Assembly: GCA_046861395.1 (NCBI GenBank)
Contig: JBHHUC010000035.1
Location: 1-21,059 of the forward strand
Reading direction: 5' to 3'
Length of the DNA: 21,059 nucleotides
Origin: Fidelibacterota bacterium
GTDB lineage: Bacteria > Fidelibacterota > Marinisomatia > Marinisomatales > JABMOV01
The notes beneath the pieces were generated by a model. It was not told where the DNA came from, searched no databases, and worked only from the letters and a program-made list of their open reading frames with translations. Position numbers and translations under genes: made by a program. This document shows, one piece after another, positions 17,090-21,059 of the stretch; the first letter of the stretch is position 1, and each line of letters begins with the position of its first letter.

Positions 17090-17785
17090 TTAATCGTCCC
17101 CAACCGGTGTTTCAGTGACCAGGGCCGGTGGATTCAGATCAATGAAAAACTGGAAGGAAATCCCGGTTAGACGGGAAAATTCGGACGGCATTCCCGACGG
17201 GGCTACGTGCGGCGTATCGCCGTATCGGGCCACATTCTCGGGTGAATCCCAACGCCAGCTGGGACTGAAAACTTTCGCCAGCGGCATGGCATTGGAATCG
17301 TGGAAATACCCGATCTCAAAACCCTTGTTGGGCCATGGTTTAATGCCCAGCAACACACCGAAACGATTACTGGTTTTGCCCATGACACCCTTGGGAATGT
17401 ACATCATGCGCAAGGCCCACCAGAATACCGGCGGTGGTGATTCGCCCTTGGCCTTGAACTGATAAAATTTATAGTACGTAGCATCAATATTATAATTAGG
17501 ATTCAGGCTCCAGGATAGATTCAATACGTCCCATTTTCTGTCCCGGCTATAGAGCAACCGACTGTAATCCAAACCAGAACCATAGATGGGAATACCCACC
17601 CGGATTCCAATATTACTGCGATCCGTTAATCCATAACGGAAATTGTACACTGGAATAATATTTTCCAGTGAAAAGATCAGACCTTTCTCCGTGTCTCCCT
17701 TTTTCATCAGGGATGTACTGACATGGGGATGCGTGGCACAACCAGTCAGAAGTAAAAGCAAAGATATGGATAGAAAATTTTTCAT
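17090..17785 (-). CDS. Putative lipoprotein of unknown function
   Basis: 231 aa. MKNFLSISLLLLLTGC is a signal peptide II with lipobox LTG-C. Confidence 0.8.
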   Translation of the reverse strand: MKNFLSISLLLLLTGCATHPHVSTSLMKKGDTEKGLIFSLENIIPVYNFRYGLTDRSNIGIRVGIPIYGSGLDYSRLLYSRDRKWDVLNLSWSLNPNYNIDATYYKFYQFKAKGESPPPVFWWALRMMYIPKGVMGKTSNRFGVLLGIKPWPNKGFEIGYFHDSNAMPLAKVFSPSWRWDSPENVARYGDTPHVAPSGMPSEFSRLTGISFQFFIDLNPPALVTETPVGDD

Positions 17786-17855
17786 GACAGCGGGTAAAGT
17801 TTCAAGGATATAACGGTCAGATTCAAGGATTAATTCACCTTGCAGGACCCGGTGC

Positions 17856-19592
17856 CTATTTCAGGTAAATCATTTTACGGCTGTACGTGACAGGAAGAAA
17901 ATTTTCAACTTCAGCCGTAATCGTATAAAAATACAAGCCACTGGCATGTTGGTGGCCGAACCATTGGTAAGTATAGTGACCGACATTCATCGGCGTCTGG
18001 AGTAAAAACGTTTCGATGACCCGTCCCGCCGCGTTAGTCACGTACAGTGTGACCGTCGCCGGTAGCAACAGATCAAAAGCAATGGTTGTGCCGCTGTTAA
18101 ACGGATTGGGATAATTCTGGTATAACGCAAACACTTCCGGGACAGCCAAATGATAAGCCGTGTCATCCTGACTGCGATTGCTCTTACCAAACGACGACTG
18201 ATTGGTAACGGCCCAGGCCCGTCCATCCGGCTCACGCAACATCTGAATCGACATATCGTCAGGTAGGAGATAGGCATCGGCAAACATGGTGGTATCGGAT
18301 GCAGTTTCCCACAGCATGACCCATGGCACTAACACGGAATCCTGTCCGGCGAAAATCAGAGTGGAATCCAGGAATCCCGGTTCAATACCGGTCATGACTG
18401 TTTCCTGCCAGTACACTGAATCGGCGATTGTGAGGGAAAAAGATGTCTGTACATTTGCAGGAATAAATATCTCAATTTGCAACAGGTCGGTGACGGGATT
18501 GTACTGTAATTCATTGATAATTGGAATGGCCTCCCGGGTATATCCCAGGGGGAACATATCTCCCAGAAGAGAAATCGTGTAGCCGTCCCCCGGGGCCGGA
18601 ACCGGTCGTTGGTCAAGGATGATATCCTGGTAGCGAAGGATTACTGTTGTCCAAACACTGGGCAGGGTCACCCTGAATTCACCGGCATCATTCAGGGAAT
18701 CGGGAATGGTTACGGCAATTTCCTGTTCTCCGTCGGTAAGAGATAGAATATGATCGCGAAACGTTATCACCTGCAGTGTTACATGGACTGAATCGTCCGA
18801 TGACCTTACTATTTTATCAATGCGGACCTGGGGCAGGGAAATTAACAGGGACTGATATTCTTCCAATGCCCGTTTCAATTGGTCCAAGTTCTGTTTCACG
18901 GATGTAATGAAATCTTCCGTCAGCCGGTCATATTCATCCGGCGTCAACCGCAGCATGTTCCGAACCCGGAACGTCTCCTGAGCAAGAAATTGTTCCAGTG
19001 AAAGCAACAGTGAATCCGCCGCCGGAGCCATGCTTTCCAGGTCGGTTTCCAGGGCCTGAAGGGGAGAGAGTGCTTCCCATAAATCATCCATTTTCAGGGA
19101 GTCACGGTTCAATAATGTGAATAACCCGGCATAGTGTTCCGGCACCTGATGTCGTGCCTCCTCCAAGCCCCGCGCGAACCAAGCTCTAATGCCTTTGGGA
19201 ATCACCACACTGGAATCTCCGGCAGGATCAGATATTTCCACCGGAATTCGTGTGAAAGCCGGTGTTTCGCGGGAACTGGTTAAAAGATTTCCCGCCCGTG
19301 ATTTAATTTCAATATAATAGAAATACCGTTTTTGAACCTGGGCCGTAGTATCCAGATAGCGGTCCGTATTTTCCGTCAGAACGGCCAGAAGTGTGAACGT
19401 TTCAGTTAAAGTCTCAGCCCGGTAAACAAGAATTGAATCTGGTTCCATGTCCTTAACCTGATCCCAGACAATCAGGATGGATCCCGGTCCCGGGTAAACG
19501 TCCAGTTCCAACGGTGCTGTTTCAGCGGCAGAGAGACCAATCCCGTATCCGCCAATCAGCAGAATGAATATTATGGTGATAAATTTTCGCAT
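17856..19592 (-). CDS. Secreted multidomain protein with a T9SS type-A/FlgD-Ig-like C-terminal sorting domain
   Basis: 578 aa: signal peptide, FnIII-like N-domain (ILIVW...VYRA...YLDT...YFYYI), helical linker, lamin-tail-like segment (IINELQYNP...IEIF) and C-terminal ALYQNYPNPFNSGTTI...ASGLYFY...RKMIYLK. Confidence 0.85.
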   Translation of the reverse strand: MRKFITIIFILLIGGYGIGLSAAETAPLELDVYPGPGSILIVWDQVKDMEPDSILVYRAETLTETFTLLAVLTENTDRYLDTTAQVQKRYFYYIEIKSRAGNLLTSSRETPAFTRIPVEISDPAGDSSVVIPKGIRAWFARGLEEARHQVPEHYAGLFTLLNRDSLKMDDLWEALSPLQALETDLESMAPAADSLLLSLEQFLAQETFRVRNMLRLTPDEYDRLTEDFITSVKQNLDQLKRALEEYQSLLISLPQVRIDKIVRSSDDSVHVTLQVITFRDHILSLTDGEQEIAVTIPDSLNDAGEFRVTLPSVWTTVILRYQDIILDQRPVPAPGDGYTISLLGDMFPLGYTREAIPIINELQYNPVTDLLQIEIFIPANVQTSFSLTIADSVYWQETVMTGIEPGFLDSTLIFAGQDSVLVPWVMLWETASDTTMFADAYLLPDDMSIQMLREPDGRAWAVTNQSSFGKSNRSQDDTAYHLAVPEVFALYQNYPNPFNSGTTIAFDLLLPATVTLYVTNAAGRVIETFLLQTPMNVGHYTYQWFGHQHASGLYFYTITAEVENFLPVTYSRKMIYLK

Positions 19593-19664
19593 TGAATGCA
19601 GGTAAAGGAGAGGTACAATTTGATACGGATCATCGTGGAAAGCAAGGAATTTATCGACTGTCCC

Positions 19665-19682
19665 TCCCGACGTTAGTCAGGA
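19665..19682 (-). repeat. Short REP-like hairpin immediately after the selD stop
   Basis: The minus strand reads TCCTGAC-TAAC-GTCGGGA, a 7-bp stem with one T.G pair and no following U-tract. Confidence 0.4.
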
Positions 19683-19683
19683 C

Positions 19684-20739
19684 TTAAACTACTGTAATTG
19701 TACCTGTTACTTCTGCTTCGGTAACCTGACCGATCCTAACGGCCGAAAAGGGAGAATCTTCATTATAATAATCCATGTAGGACTGAGCTTCTTTTTCGGA
19801 GAGAGCAATCAATAATCCCCCGGAAGTCTGGGCATCGGCACAGAGCAAACGATCATGGGCAGACATGTTTTCCGAAAAGCGAACATGTTCTGAAACAAAC
19901 GCCAAATTCCGTTTCGTCCCTCCGGGAACAATGTCCTTTCGCACCAATTCTCTGACTCCCGGCAAGAAATCAAGGCGGTTGAATTCAATGGTGGCCGCCA
20001 CCTGACTGGCCTGACAGAGTTCCAGTAAATGTCCCAAAAGTCCGAAACCGGTAATATCCGTGGCGGCTTGGACGGTAACATCCGCCATGCATTCGGCTGC
20101 CCGTTTATTCAATAAACTCATGGAGGCAATAGCCGCCTCGATTGAATCCTCTGATGCCTGTCCTTTTTTAATCGCCGAGGCAATAATACCAGTACCCAGT
20201 GGTTTGGTCAAGATCAGCACGTCACCCGGTCGGGCCAATTCATTGGTAATCAGATTCTGCCGACTGACTTCTCCCGTCACCACCATGCCGTATTTCGGCT
20301 CTTGATCGTCGACACTGTGACCACCCAAAATAGGAATGCCAGCTTCAGACGCTTTATCCGTTCCGCCCTGGAGGATTTTCGTCAGCATTTCTCGCGGCAG
20401 ACGGGTAATGGGAAAACCCACAATATTTAGGGCAAACCGGGGAGTGCCACCCATGGCGTAAATGTCCGAAAGGGAATTCGCAGCAGCAATCTGTCCAAAC
20501 TGATAGGGATCATCGACAACCGGTGTGAAAAAGTCCACCGTTTGTACCAGATAGCTATCCTCATCCATACGGTACACGGCGGCATCGTCCTTGCCGTTGA
20601 ATCCCACAATGACGCGGTCATCCCGGATAGAATCGGTTAAACCATCCAACACGTAAGCCAGGTCCTCCGGACCTATTTTACAGGCTCAGCCGGAGCCGTG
20701 ACTTAACGTAGTAAGGCGTATGATATCCTGATGTGTCAT
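19684..20739 (-). CDS. selD: Selenide, water dikinase (selenophosphate synthetase), selenocysteine-containing
   Basis: The 322-aa ORF (DDAAVY, QTVDFFTP, ANSLSDIYAMGG, GGHS, LTKPLGTG, TDITGFGLLGH, DAQTSGGLL) extends in frame to an ATG at 20739, reading MTHQDIIRLTTLSHGSG-TGA-ACKIGPEDLAYVLDG. The TGA (20686-20688) sits at the catalytic Cys/Sec position. The full product is 351 aa. Confidence 0.96.
20653..20681 (-). promoter_or_regulatory. Putative bacterial SECIS element of selD
   Basis: mRNA GUAAAAUAGGUCC-GGA-GGACCUGGCUUAC begins 4 nt after the UGA. It has a perfect 6-bp upper stem plus a U.G pair, a 2x2 internal loop and a 4-bp lower stem. The G-initiated apical loop is 17 nt from the UGA. 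Confidence 0.75.
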
Positions 20740-20789
20740 AATTGAAATTAATCAGAGAAAAGGAGGAAACAGACAGCGAAATCGATGAA

Positions 20790-21059
20790 CTACATCAGCT
20801 TCACCAGATCCTGAATATCCTCAATGGTCTGGATAGTCTTGTCCTGAAGATATTCCAGGTGGATTGTTTTGAATATGGCTGTAATCTGTATTTGATTGAC
20901 ATAATCATGTAAAACCATGGGAATATGCAGTGTTTTGAATGTGACGAACTGAAAAGGATAATCAATTTCCGTCGGTTTGAGGCCATGAAGCGTTTCACCA
21001 TCATTAGTGATTTTTTTCCGGTAATCACTAATTTCACTCAGAGTCAAGCGCTCCCGGAA
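20790..21059 (-). CDS. 3' part of a hypothetical protein (start lies beyond the window)
   Basis: The frame of ORF 20790..21047 stays open to the window edge (FRERLTLSEISDYRKK...DLVKLM*). It is co-oriented with selD and ends 50 nt upstream of it. Confidence 0.65.
   Translation of the reverse strand, partial: FRERLTLSEISDYRKKITNDGETLHGLKPTEIDYPFQFVTFKTLHIPMVLHDYVNQIQITAIFKTIHLEYLQDKTIQTIEDIQDLVKLM

Noticed and set aside
19684..20739. selD as a pseudogene or as a 322-aa protein starting at GTG 20652
   Set aside because: The stop falls exactly on the catalytic Cys/Sec position, is followed by a SECIS-like hairpin, and the rest of the gene is intact.
20758..20813. Plus-strand AGGAGG followed by an ATG
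   Set aside because: The spacing to the ATG is about 19 nt, and the ORF is only 9 codons and antisense to a longer CDS.
21003..21032. 10-bp inverted repeat ATTAGTGATT-N10-AATCACTAAT
   Set aside because: It lies inside an open coding frame, is AT-rich and has no supporting context, so it is probably incidental.
201..21037. Numerous 60-190 aa alternative-frame and antisense ORFs (e.g. 6057..6629 +, 11116..11544 +, 16084..16440 -, 20801..21037 -)
   Set aside because: They overlap better-supported genes and show no recognisable motifs, as expected for shadow ORFs.

Overview
A densely coding bacterial chromosomal window of mostly housekeeping genes, almost all on the minus strand. A C-terminal 'NYPNPFN...KMIYLK' sorting tail suggests an FCB-group organism, possibly Marinimicrobia-like (inference). 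In transcription order (right to left) it holds: a partial unknown CDS; selD, with an in-frame TGA (selenocysteine) and a SECIS-like hairpin that the ORF track truncated; a secreted multidomain protein; a lipoprotein; a coupled unit of hypothetical protein, MBL hydrolase, DUF309, atypical receiver and nth; a PTPS/QueD-family gene with Asp where the catalytic Cys normally sits, followed by yhhQ and folE; lpdA, lipB, a fused E1alpha/beta, E2 and a coupled SAM methyltransferase; a plus-strand pair (ECF S-component-like protein and a membrane domain fused to a THEP1-like NTPase); lipA; an orphan NapB-like diheme cytochrome c; and lon with a sigma54-like promoter. The left edge carries a tandem, nested REP-like palindromic repeat. 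The best novelty candidates are the ECF-like pair with a non-ABC NTPase, the Asp-variant PTPS, the recoded selD and the nested repeat. I saw no CRISPR array, tRNA, rRNA or transposase.
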